Under the pieces are notes generated by a model, which had not been told where the DNA came from, did not search any database, and saw only the letters and a program-made list of their open reading frames with translations. Position numbers and translations under genes: made by a program. A DNA stretch of 64,000 bases from Chloroflexota bacterium (lineage in GTDB: Bacteria; Chloroflexota; UBA11872; VXOZ01). The stretch lies in the NCBI GenBank assembly GCA_964291655.2, contig OZ219801.1, positions 480,001 through 544,000 on the forward strand, written 5' to 3'. Positions 10,064 to 19,086 of the stretch are shown here, piece by piece (the first letter of the stretch is position 1; every line of letters starts with the position of its first letter).

Positions 10064-10974
10064 AAGCAATGGGTACGGCTCCTATCGAACTCTCCATCAT
10101 CGTTGTCACCCACAACGTCGTGGCGCTGCTGCGCACGTGCCTCGCTTCGATCTATGCCAGCGACTTTGCGGATCGGTGTGAGGTGTTCGTGGTGGATAAC
10201 GGCACTGACGAGTCACTTGCAATGGTGGAGGACGATTTTCCGGCAGCGCAACGCATCCTGGGATCGCCGCACATCGGCTTCGCGGCGGGAAACAACCTTG
10301 CACTCGCGCGGGCACGCGGTCGCTACGTTCTCTTGCTCAACCCGGACACAGAACTCCCGCCTTCTGCACTCTCACAATTGCACGCCGTCATGGAGAAAAA
10401 TCCGCAGTGGGGCATTGTTGGGCCGAGACTCGTTCGCGCCGACGGGAGCTTGGATCTGGCCTGCCGACGTTCATTTCCAACACCTTGGAATGCGCTCATG
10501 AAGGCTTGCGGTCTCGCGAAGCGGTTTCCCAAGTCTCGTGTAACCGCCGGATACAACCTCACGTATCTCGATCCCAATCAGTGCTATCCCTTGGATGCGG
10601 TAGTCGGCGCATTTATGTTCATACGCCGCGACGCGCTGGCTGAGGCCGGCCTGCTGGATGACTCGTTCTTCATGTACGGTGAAGACCTTGACCTCTGCTA
10701 CCGCATAAAGCAAGCTGGATGGCAAGTATGGTATTGGCCGGCGGTTGCAGTGCGCCACCTGAAAGGCGAAAGCAGCCGCCAACGTCCAGGCCGAATGACA
10801 TTTGAGTTTTTTCGCTCTATGCACTTGTTCTATGCCAAGCACCAAGCGCCCCAAAACCCTACTGTCTTGAATGTCCTCGTATTCTCAGCAATCTGGACTT
10901 TCTTTTTCGCAGCAATGCTCCGGGTATGGGCGCGACGAGATTCCCACCACGCCCCGCGGCTTTCAGCGTTCTAG
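10060..10974 (+). CDS. Glycosyltransferase family 2 (WbbL-like)
   Basis: ATGA coupling. LSIIVVTHN, GFAAGNN, LLNPDT, FFMYGEDLDLC. Confidence 0.92.
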   Translation: MKAMGTAPIELSIIVVTHNVVALLRTCLASIYASDFADRCEVFVVDNGTDESLAMVEDDFPAAQRILGSPHIGFAAGNNLALARARGRYVLLLNPDTELPPSALSQLHAVMEKNPQWGIVGPRLVRADGSLDLACRRSFPTPWNALMKACGLAKRFPKSRVTAGYNLTYLDPNQCYPLDAVVGAFMFIRRDALAEAGLLDDSFFMYGEDLDLCYRIKQAGWQVWYWPAVAVRHLKGESSRQRPGRMTFEFFRSMHLFYAKHQAPQNPTVLNVLVFSAIWTFFFAAMLRVWARRDSHHAPRLSAF

Positions 10975-10987
10975 GAGGGAGGGGGCC

Positions 10988-12394
10988 ATGACACTCAAGG
11001 GAGATCTGCGCCTCATCATTGTGCCGCTGTGGCTCATTCTTGACGCTTTGGCGATCGGCCTCGCCGTACTTTGTTCCTATTACGTGCGTTTCACGTTAGG
11101 TTGGCCGCCACCGGAGGAAGCTCATTCCCTGCAGATGTATTACCGCCTATGGTTACTCATAACCGTGGTATACATGGGCACCATGCTCATTAATGGGCTT
11201 TATCGCTCCCATCAACACGTACCGGCGGAAGAATACCTCCTCAAGATTCTGCCTGCCATTGCGCTGGGGACGGTTGTAGCGGTCGGTTTATCCGCTTTTT
11301 TCGGGCGCACAGGATTCGAATACTCCCGGTTGCTCATCGGCTATGCGGCGATTCTGAGCGTCTTCTTCCTCACATTCGAGCGGGTGCTTGTTTCCTTCGC
11401 TCGCGGCGTGCTGCACCAGCGAAACATGGGGACGGTGCGCACACTCATCGTGGGACACGGGGTCGGCAGCGCAATCGTTGACGTGCACTTCCAGCGCCTT
11501 CAGCAACTCGGCTATGAAGTAGTCGGAATCCTGGATGACGACCCCGACGACAACGTCCTTAAACTCAGCTACCCCTTGCTTGGCGAAATCGACCTACTCC
11601 CGATCGTCATCTCTCAGTATGACGTGAAGGAAGTTATCATTACGTTGCCTGCACTCAATACGGTTGAATTGCTGCGCATTCTTGACCTGTGCCCCACGGA
11701 GAACGTACACATACGAGTGCATCCGGATCTCTTTCAGTTCCTGGTCACAACCATCCAAGTAGACGAGATTTCCGGCCTGCCACTTCTCACTGTTAAGGAA
11801 CCTCGTCTCGCCGTTTGGCACCGCATGGCAAAGCGCTCGTTGGATCTTGTGGTCGCTGCCATTACATTGATCGTGCTCTCCGGACCGCTGCTGCTCGTTG
11901 CCCTCTTGATCCGTCTTGACTCGGCAGGCCCCACCTTCTTCATCCAGGAGCGGGTAGGACGAGACGGCAAAGCATTCCCAATCATCAAGTTTCGCACGAT
12001 GGTGGCAGATGTTGCCGCCCAAGAAGGCCGCGACTGGACCGTGCCCAATGACCCGCGACGCACTCGCTTGGGCAAGTTCCTCAGGCGGTTTTCCGTAGAT
12101 GAGCTACCCAATCTGATCAACGTTCTCATCGGCCACATGAGCCTGGTCGGACCTCGTGCGGAACAGCCGCAGTATGTTAGGCAATTCAGCGCCGAAATTC
12201 CACGCTACATGGAACGGCACCGCGAAAAGGCCGGCATGACCGGTTGGGCGCAAGTCAACGGCCTGCGCGGCGACGTGCCCATCGATCAACGCACGCAGTA
12301 CGACCTCTATTACATCGAGAACTGGTCGATTTACTTTGATATTCGCATCCTCCTACGTACGGTAATTGCCGTATTTAGGCAACCGGCCTATTAG
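10988..12394 (+). CDS. Undecaprenyl-phosphate sugar phosphotransferase (WcaJ/WbaP family)
   Basis: N-terminal TMs and CoA-binding-like domain. KRSLDL, KFRTM, DELPNLINVLIGHMSLVGPR, GMTGWAQVNG, YDLYYIENWS. RBS AGGAGG. Confidence 0.95.
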   Translation: MTLKGDLRLIIVPLWLILDALAIGLAVLCSYYVRFTLGWPPPEEAHSLQMYYRLWLLITVVYMGTMLINGLYRSHQHVPAEEYLLKILPAIALGTVVAVGLSAFFGRTGFEYSRLLIGYAAILSVFFLTFERVLVSFARGVLHQRNMGTVRTLIVGHGVGSAIVDVHFQRLQQLGYEVVGILDDDPDDNVLKLSYPLLGEIDLLPIVISQYDVKEVIITLPALNTVELLRILDLCPTENVHIRVHPDLFQFLVTTIQVDEISGLPLLTVKEPRLAVWHRMAKRSLDLVVAAITLIVLSGPLLLVALLIRLDSAGPTFFIQERVGRDGKAFPIIKFRTMVADVAAQEGRDWTVPNDPRRTRLGKFLRRFSVDELPNLINVLIGHMSLVGPRAEQPQYVRQFSAEIPRYMERHREKAGMTGWAQVNGLRGDVPIDQRTQYDLYYIENWSIYFDIRILLRTVIAVFRQPAY

Positions 12395-12482
12395 TGCTGT
12401 CAATCCTGAAAGCGAATTCTGCCGTGGCACTTCCGCACAACTCAACCGGAAATGAAATCTAACATCAGACAAAGGGTGAAAC

Positions 12483-13562
12483 ATGAGAGTTACTGACATC
12501 ACGCATCGTCTCTACCGTTGGCCCCGCCGGAAGCCAATCCGAAACGGCATGTTCACGTACACCGACGTTACGCTCTCCGTGGTGGAAATTGAGACTGATG
12601 CCGGCCTCACCGGTCTTGGATTAGGTGGTGTCAATCCTTCCCTCCTAGAGCAATTCAAGCCCCTGCTCATCGGCGCAGACCCCTTCAATGTGGAACGACA
12701 CTGGCATGCACTGTGGGTGCCGAAACTTGTAGGAAGGCGCGGCACAGAGACGCGCACCATCTCAAGCTTGGACATCGCCCTTTGGGACCTGGTCGGCAAA
12801 GCAACAGACAAATCCGTGCACCAATTGCTTGGCGGCTATGCAGAGCGTATCCCAGTCTACATCGCTGGCGGCTACTACGAGGAAGGCAAGGGCCTCAAAG
12901 AGCTGGCGGACGAGATGGCAGAGAACCTGCGTCTGGGCGCGCGGGCGGTAAAGATGAAGATTGGCGGCGCGCCGATTGGTGAAGACGTGGAACGCGTGCG
13001 CGTCGTCCGCGAGACGGTGGGGCCGAATGTGGAAGTGATGGTAGACGCGAACAATGCCTATCCTGCTCACGAAGCCATCCGCATAGCGGCGCAGATGGAG
13101 AAGTACGACATCTACTGGTTTGAGGAGCCGGTGGGCGCAGACGACTATGCGGGCTGTGCCCGCGTGGCCCAAGCAACGACAATCCCCATTGCTACCGGCG
13201 AGAACGAATACACGCGCTACGGATTCCGCGACCTGATTCAGCACCAAGCAGCCAGCATCCTCAATGCCGATGCCAATATCTGCGGCGGGGTTACGGAGTT
13301 TCGCCGCATTGCCGCGCTTGCCGCCTCCCATGATCTGGTGATCGCGCCCCATGGATCACAAGACGTGCACATTCACCTAGTTACCGGCATCCCCAATGGG
13401 CTGATTCTCGAATATTACCGCGACACCGTGGACCCCATGTGGGGCAAGACGTTCAAAGAAACGCTCATGTTGGACGCGGACGGCATGCTCGCGCCGCCGG
13501 ATAGACCGGGTTTTGGCATAACGCTCAATGAGGACGCTTTGGCGGAATTCCGGGTGTCGTAG
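12483..13562 (+). CDS. Mandelate racemase subgroup enolase-superfamily enzyme (probable acid-sugar dehydratase)
   Basis: DIALWDLVGK, KMK, DAN, EEP, GEN, IAPHG. Confidence 0.9.
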   Translation: MRVTDITHRLYRWPRRKPIRNGMFTYTDVTLSVVEIETDAGLTGLGLGGVNPSLLEQFKPLLIGADPFNVERHWHALWVPKLVGRRGTETRTISSLDIALWDLVGKATDKSVHQLLGGYAERIPVYIAGGYYEEGKGLKELADEMAENLRLGARAVKMKIGGAPIGEDVERVRVVRETVGPNVEVMVDANNAYPAHEAIRIAAQMEKYDIYWFEEPVGADDYAGCARVAQATTIPIATGENEYTRYGFRDLIQHQAASILNADANICGGVTEFRRIAALAASHDLVIAPHGSQDVHIHLVTGIPNGLILEYYRDTVDPMWGKTFKETLMLDADGMLAPPDRPGFGITLNEDALAEFRVS

Positions 13563-13744
13563 CACCCAAAACCTAGGCAAATCATCTAATTCGCGGATAG
13601 TCGCAATGCCGCGTGAATCTCGATCAACTGCCAAACGTACCCGGCCTTTGTGCCTTTGCCGCCACTGCGATGCGGTAAGATGTGTACAGTGAACTGCGCC
13701 GCCGCGTCCGTCCTTTAGCAAAGAGAAAGCGAGCATCTGAGCCA

Positions 13745-14629
13745 ATGACTGTCTTTCAAAAGCCGGGGAACTGGTACAAGGGCAATCTCCACACCCACTC
13801 CACGAATTCTGACGGCCTCTATCCTCCGGAGATGGTGTGTTTGTGGTATTGGACAATGGGCTACGACTTTCTTTCAATCACCGACCATCGTTCGCTCACA
13901 CTCTTTGAGGAGCCGCCGGCCCGCAGTCCCGTGCTCATCCCGGGTATGGAACTCAATGGCGACGACGCCCGCGCCGGAGGCGGCTACCATATCGTCGGAC
14001 TCGGTCTGCGCGACATGCTCGTACAACCGCCGAACCTGGATGCGCAGGGCGCAATCGATGCGATTCGGACGGATGGGGGTCTGGCCGTGCTGGCACATCC
14101 CTACTGGCTGGGACACGTAACCACTGACCTGACGCACCTTGAAGGCGCCCTCGGACTCGAGGTCTTTAACTATGGGACGCAAGTGAGTATCAACAAGGGC
14201 GACAGCACGTATCTCTGGGACGGACTGCTCGACCGCAAACGACCGCTCTTGGGCTTGGCCGTAGACGACGCCCACTGGAAGCTGCCTGATGCCGGCGGCG
14301 GCTGGGTTATGGCCAAAGCGGATTCGTGCACATCGGAGACAATCCTGGCTGCGATTGCAAGTGGAGACTTCTACTCCTCCCAAGGGCCGGAGATCTACGA
14401 CTTTCGCCTCGAAGACGGTGTGGCCTCCGCCAAGACTTCACCGGTCCGCACAATCGCCTTTATGTCCGAACGCTCGCATGGACAAGCAATCAGATCGCCA
14501 CAGGGCGATCCCATCACATCCGCCCACTATTCGCTGCGAAACGAGCATACCTATTTGCGCTTAGAGTGCGTTGACTTTCAAGGGCGCCGGGCGTGGAGCA
14601 ATCCCATTTGTCTTGAAGGAGACGCGTAG
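13745..14629 (+). CDS. PHP-fold metallohydrolase (CehA/McbA-like)
   Basis: WYKGNLHTHSTNSDG, ITDH, AHPYW, DDAH. Confidence 0.85.
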   Translation: MTVFQKPGNWYKGNLHTHSTNSDGLYPPEMVCLWYWTMGYDFLSITDHRSLTLFEEPPARSPVLIPGMELNGDDARAGGGYHIVGLGLRDMLVQPPNLDAQGAIDAIRTDGGLAVLAHPYWLGHVTTDLTHLEGALGLEVFNYGTQVSINKGDSTYLWDGLLDRKRPLLGLAVDDAHWKLPDAGGGWVMAKADSCTSETILAAIASGDFYSSQGPEIYDFRLEDGVASAKTSPVRTIAFMSERSHGQAIRSPQGDPITSAHYSLRNEHTYLRLECVDFQGRRAWSNPICLEGDA

Positions 14630-14646
14630 CTTAAGGAGAGAATTGC

Positions 14647-15783
14647 GTGAAAATCGTAAACCTTAACATCCATCCCGTAGCCGTTTCCCGGCAATACGCC
14701 ACGCTGACCTCCGGCGGCCAAGAAGGCCGGAAGAATCCTGGCGCCGCTCCCGTGGAACTGTCCTATTTCTACATCCTCGAAGTAGAAACCGACGCCGGCA
14801 TCGTGGGCATCGGCGAGATCTCCGACATCGATCCAAAAATGCGCATGGTCGATGGGTCTCCAATGGAGATTGAGAATGTTGCCGGTAAACTGAACTCACT
14901 TCTCGTCGGACGGGACCCCAGCGACTTGGAGCGGCTCTCTTTGGAGGTGCGCACCGGCGGTCTTATAGACTGCGCGATCGACACTGCATGCTATGACATT
15001 ATGGGAAAGTCCTACGGAACTTCCGCCACCACCTTAGCCGGCGGGCACTTGCGGAAGAGCGTTTGGGTATCCTGGGTTGCCTACATTCGTGAACCCGAGG
15101 CCATGGTTCCCGAGATTCAGGAGAAACTAGCGCAAGGCTTCGACGCTTTCAAGTTTAAGGTTGGCAGAGACATTGATCTTGACGAAGCGCGCATCAAGCT
15201 ATTTCGCGAAATCGGCGGCTACGACTTGAACCTAAAGCTCGACGCCAACGCGGCTTGGGACGTTGATGAGGCCATTACCTTTATGCGCCGCCTGGAGAAG
15301 TACAACATTTCCGGCGTGGAGACGCCAATTGACAAAGAAAACGTTGCCGGCATGGCTCAGGTTCGCAAGGCCGTTGACACGCCGATACTGGAGCACGTTA
15401 GCACGCAGGAATACGCCCTGGAACTTGTCCGCCATGAAGCCGTGGACGTCTTCAACGTTTCCACCGTGGGATGCGGCGGTATCTACCGTGCGAAGAAAGT
15501 AATCGCTATTGCCGAAGCCGCCGGCTTGCACGCGCTGCTTGGCAGTACGGTGGAGCTCGGCGTCGGCACAGCGGCGCAACTCGCACTCGCCGCTTCTTCG
15601 TGGCGTATTGACTGGCCTTCGGACCTCATCGGGCCGCTCATGTACACCGATGACGTGCTCGTGGAGCCCTGGGAGTGGGACAACGGCTACCTGCGCGTAC
15701 CATCAGGCGCCGGTCTCGGCGTTACCCTCGACCCCGCCAAGCTCGAGTCGTTGCACAATCCGCTGCCACCGTCGCGGCAATAG
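14647..15783 (+). CDS. Muconate-lactonizing-like enolase-superfamily enzyme
   Basis: ETDAGIVGIGE, KFK, DANAAW, ETP, GSTVELGVG, PSGAGLGV. RBS AAGGAG. Confidence 0.85.
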   Translation: MKIVNLNIHPVAVSRQYATLTSGGQEGRKNPGAAPVELSYFYILEVETDAGIVGIGEISDIDPKMRMVDGSPMEIENVAGKLNSLLVGRDPSDLERLSLEVRTGGLIDCAIDTACYDIMGKSYGTSATTLAGGHLRKSVWVSWVAYIREPEAMVPEIQEKLAQGFDAFKFKVGRDIDLDEARIKLFREIGGYDLNLKLDANAAWDVDEAITFMRRLEKYNISGVETPIDKENVAGMAQVRKAVDTPILEHVSTQEYALELVRHEAVDVFNVSTVGCGGIYRAKKVIAIAEAAGLHALLGSTVELGVGTAAQLALAASSWRIDWPSDLIGPLMYTDDVLVEPWEWDNGYLRVPSGAGLGVTLDPAKLESLHNPLPPSRQ

Positions 15784-15890
15784 AGACGTGCGGGGTTGCA
15801 CTGACGGCCGTGCGGACGCATTGCACTAAACCTTGCGCAACAGTCGGACATCTATTCAAAGTAAGCCCGAATTACCGTTCTTGGTGAGTT

Positions 15891-15920
15891 GCCTTGCCTG
15901 AGCTCGCCGAAGTGTCGAAC
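15891..15920. repeat. REP-like element, same family as 60520-60716
   Basis: Reverse complement reads GTTCGACACTTCGGCGAGCTCAGG, matching TTCGACACTTCGGC at ~60521. Confidence 0.55.
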
Positions 15921-16006
15921 CATGGACTACCTGAATACTGCGAGTCCCAAGGCTATCGACGGTCCCATCTCAGCAGGCTGCGCGCAATCCGCATGCAAAC
16001 CCTCTG

Positions 16007-16036
16007 TTGACACTTCCGCCTCGCCATTGCTATCCT
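16007..16036 (+). promoter_or_regulatory. Sigma70-type promoter of rplU-rpmA
   Basis: TTGACA-18 nt-(TGc)TATCCT. Confidence 0.55.
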
Positions 16037-16134
16037 AAGCAATGCAGGGCAGCACTGACCCTTGGGTAGGTGCGCATTCGGCCCTGTATCATGAATACCT
16101 AAGAAGTCGTGCATCTATATAAACGAGGAACATC

Positions 16135-16446
16135 GTGTTCGCAGTCGTTGAAATCGCCGGGAAGCAATATCGGGTTAGCCCCGGAGACCGTATCGCAGTT
16201 GAGAGACTGGATGCAGAACCCGGCAGTGAGATTATGCTGGACTCTGTTCTGTTGGCATCCACAGATAATGGCGTTACCGTCGGCACTCCGGTGATTGACG
16301 GCGCCAGCATCAGCGCACAAGTGATCGCGGAAGAGAAGGACAGCAAGGTGCTCGTGCTCAAATACAAGCGGAAGAACCGCTACCGGCACCTCTCAGGTCA
16401 CCGGCATACCCGCACTATTCTGGAAATAGACTCCATTAACACGTAA
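16135..16446 (+). CDS. rplU: 50S ribosomal protein L21
   Basis: [14 protein letters not shown]...[15 protein letters not shown]. Confidence 0.98.
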   Translation: MFAVVEIAGKQYRVSPGDRIAVERLDAEPGSEIMLDSVLLASTDNGVTVGTPVIDGASISAQVIAEEKDSKVLVLKYKRKNRYRHLSGHRHTRTILEIDSINT

Positions 16447-16519
16447 AGCCAACAACCGAAACGAGGGGTCTCGAAGGTATTCCCGCGTCCCTCCAACGAA
16501 AACGAGGAGTAACGAACAA

Positions 16520-16777
16520 GTGGCACAAAAGAAAGCCGGCGGCAGCAGCCGCAACGGTCGGGATAGCGCAGGCAGACGACTAGGCGTCAAGCGCACCGAC
16601 GGGGAATTAGTGCGCGCCGGAAACATTCTCGTGCGCCAGCGCGGCACCCCAATTCGCCCGGGCGAGAACGTCGGTATCGGCAAAGACCACACCCTCTTCG
16701 CCAAAGTTGACGGCGTTGTCCGCTTCGAGACCTTCGGCCGCGATACCAAGCGCGCCATCATCGTTCCGCTCGGCTAG
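16520..16777 (+). CDS. rpmA: 50S ribosomal protein L27
   Basis: [15 protein letters not shown]...ILVRQRGT...DHTLFA. Confidence 0.99.
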   Translation: MAQKKAGGSSRNGRDSAGRRLGVKRTDGELVRAGNILVRQRGTPIRPGENVGIGKDHTLFAKVDGVVRFETFGRDTKRAIIVPLG

Positions 16778-16848
16778 CGCCAGCACACAATCGCAACACG
16801 CAACATTGCCACGCTAAAGCCGAGTACTGCCTCGCATAGACAATTCTC

Positions 16849-16920
16849 GGGCCGGTAGCTCAGTGGGAGAGCGCTGCGTTCGCATCGCAGAAGTCGGGGG
16901 TTCAAATCCCCCTCGGTCCA
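16849..16920 (+). tRNA. tRNA-Ala(CGC)
   Basis: Cloverleaf with acceptor GGGCCGG/TCGGTCC-A and G3:U70, D arm GCTC/GAGC, anticodon arm CTGCG-TTCGCAT-CGCAG, T loop TTCAAAT. CCA is not fully encoded. Confidence 0.97.
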
Positions 16921-16967
16921 CCTCAATCGCCGATTCTCTAAACTTTGTGCACATGTCACATCGGCAA

Positions 16968-18149
16968 CTATTTATGCGTAGCCTCTATACAAGAATCCTC
17001 TGTGCGTTCGATGGAAAAGCTCAGACCATTCAAGCCCCCAGTTGATAGTCCCGCTGCTCGAGAATTCTCTTCCCAACTAATAACCTCAGCCGCGAAGCCA
17101 AGGGTCTGCAACACCCGCAGGATCCGTTTAATAGTGATATAAGGAGCACCAGACCCAATGTAATTGCGCTCTAGTAGGCTAAACTGCTCGGTGAGGGAGT
17201 TGTGCAATCGAAGACATTCATACTCGTCTTGACATAGCAATACCACGACACAGTCGGTGATTGCGAATGGCGGCCCTAGTGGAACATAGGCTATTTTGTC
17301 CTGTCGCGGTTTGCCAACTCTATGAATCAGGACTGCAGGACCAGTAATCGAGCGGGTTCCAAAGGGGACTTGCCTTTCCGACTCTCGCAACCGGTAATCC
17401 TGTAGCTCGGTTGAGTGTACCAGCGGTATGCTCTCTCCCGTCTCAACACTTGGTAGGTTATGAGTTTGAAGTGTTCCGCGTAGCAACCCAATTGTAGGCC
17501 CGGTCACAGTAAGGAAAGGCTCAATCTGAGTCTTGTTGTTCTGGGTTGTAGGGCCGCGTTTTAGATACGCGATAGTTACCTTTAGGCTTACTCCAGGAAA
17601 CTTTGCTGTCTCTTCTAGGACTGCCCGGAACTCTCCGATCTGATTTAGTGCAATTCTAGCATCTTGGTCCCGTTCAGCATGAGATGCCCCTGCAGGCAAG
17701 AGAGTCACAAGACTTCCGTCTGGACTGAGGTACTGCGACGCGATCAGAACGAAAGCCATCGCCGGACTGCAACGCATTCTTAGCCCATTTAGAAGAACCT
17801 CCACTCTCGTCCCGCCACGAGCCGAAAATGGGGGATTCAAGACTGCCAGGTCGACTTTAGCCTTGATTTTCTCGAGATTGGAGAGAGAGTGCCTACTAGA
17901 GTTTTCCAAGAAGTTGCACTGAGCCAAAGTCCAATCGGTTCTGACCTGCGCGAGACTTGCAACTCTATTTCTGCTGATATCACATCCAAAAAATGTTGCA
18001 TTGGGCCACCGTTGCTTGGCGGCAGCCAAGAGTTCACCAGTACCTACAGCGAAGTCCGCGATTGTTCTCGGTTCGCCTTGGCACAGCTGATCCGCAACCT
18101 CAACTAACTTTGCCGCAAGGTGAGGGGGAGTATTGAATTCATCAATCAA
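16968..18149 (-). CDS. N6-adenine DNA methyltransferase (gamma-class order) with C-terminal TRD-like region
   Basis: FNTPPHLA (motif X), IADFAVGTGELL (motif I), LNPPF (motif IV). TTG at 18149 lies 1 nt after the upstream stop; the ORF is open to 18200. Confidence 0.85.
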   Translation of the reverse strand: MIDEFNTPPHLAAKLVEVADQLCQGEPRTIADFAVGTGELLAAAKQRWPNATFFGCDISRNRVASLAQVRTDWTLAQCNFLENSSRHSLSNLEKIKAKVDLAVLNPPFSARGGTRVEVLLNGLRMRCSPAMAFVLIASQYLSPDGSLVTLLPAGASHAERDQDARIALNQIGEFRAVLEETAKFPGVSLKVTIAYLKRGPTTQNNKTQIEPFLTVTGPTIGLLRGTLQTHNLPSVETGESIPLVHSTELQDYRLRESERQVPFGTRSITGPAVLIHRVGKPRQDKIAYVPLGPPFAITDCVVVLLCQDEYECLRLHNSLTEQFSLLERNYIGSGAPYITIKRILRVLQTLGFAAEVISWEENSRAAGLSTGGLNGLSFSIERTEDSCIEATHK

Positions 18150-18150
18150 C

Positions 18151-19086
18151 TTAATTCCAAAGCGGGCTGAGCTCGTATATTTGAAGCAAGCCCGTTCCAA
18201 TTGATCGATTCGCCCTGGGAATTGGGTGGTCGTAGACTAGCTCAATTCGCTCTGGGTCCAGAATGGCTAGCATTACTGCCCCTAGGGCGTGAGGACGAGT
18301 ACCTAAAGGCGCAACCTTTAGTCGCGCATTGTGGCAATCGACTGCAATGTCCTTCAATGCATACATGAGGCTGAACGGACAATTCGCGATGGCGAATCGA
18401 ACATTCTGCCATATTGGGCTATCCTCGAACGGAGCTCTATTTCCAAGGTAGGAATGGAAGGGATAGTCCGGTCTGAATCCTGGCGAACCTACGATAGGAA
18501 GAACTCGCTCATAGGGAATCTCTATCTGGTTTAGCGCATAGGCTAGACGAGCACCTTCGAATCCAAGTATCGGCACAAAGTAAACGTCGTCAGAGTCGCG
18601 CGGTTCTGTAAGGCGCGCAAAGCCGGGCAAACTTGAAATCCCCATGATCCTCTCACTAAGATCAAATATTAGTGAATCTGCACTAGCTCCACTAGGAATG
18701 TATCCGAAAGGTTCAACGTAAACGGCATGGACATTTACACCATGCAGAATTGCGCGCTTCAGGACAACGGCCCAAATGTGGTAAGGCAACCCAGTGATGT
18801 TCAAATAGAGTTCTTTACCGATTTTCCCTATTAGGGCTTCCAATTGAGTTGCACTCCTCAACTGAACAGTCGACGAGATCGCACCCACTGTCTCAAAAGC
18901 CATGCTGCCTTTGTCAACGCACTCTACGAATCTGGCACTGAATTCCCGCTCTTCCCACTCCGAAGGATGCTTGGACCTAGGCTCAACTGAATTACTCCAC
19001 AAATAAACGGAATCTGGACTTAGATACAGTTCGTGCCATCCGCATAGTGTCCGTGTATAGAGTGGCCGCTCTTCAAATGGAAGCAT
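18151..19086 (-). CDS. Hypothetical protein, putative tandem CARF-like (Rossmann) domains
   Basis: LYLNITGL...VHAVYVEPFGY and VPILGFEGARL...KVAPLGTRPHALG...ELVYDHP both resemble CARF strand-loop-helix signatures. The ORF is solid; the fold is inferred by eye. Confidence 0.55.
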   Translation of the reverse strand: MLPFEERPLYTRTLCGWHELYLSPDSVYLWSNSVEPRSKHPSEWEEREFSARFVECVDKGSMAFETVGAISSTVQLRSATQLEALIGKIGKELYLNITGLPYHIWAVVLKRAILHGVNVHAVYVEPFGYIPSGASADSLIFDLSERIMGISSLPGFARLTEPRDSDDVYFVPILGFEGARLAYALNQIEIPYERVLPIVGSPGFRPDYPFHSYLGNRAPFEDSPIWQNVRFAIANCPFSLMYALKDIAVDCHNARLKVAPLGTRPHALGAVMLAILDPERIELVYDHPIPRANRSIGTGLLQIYELSPLWN

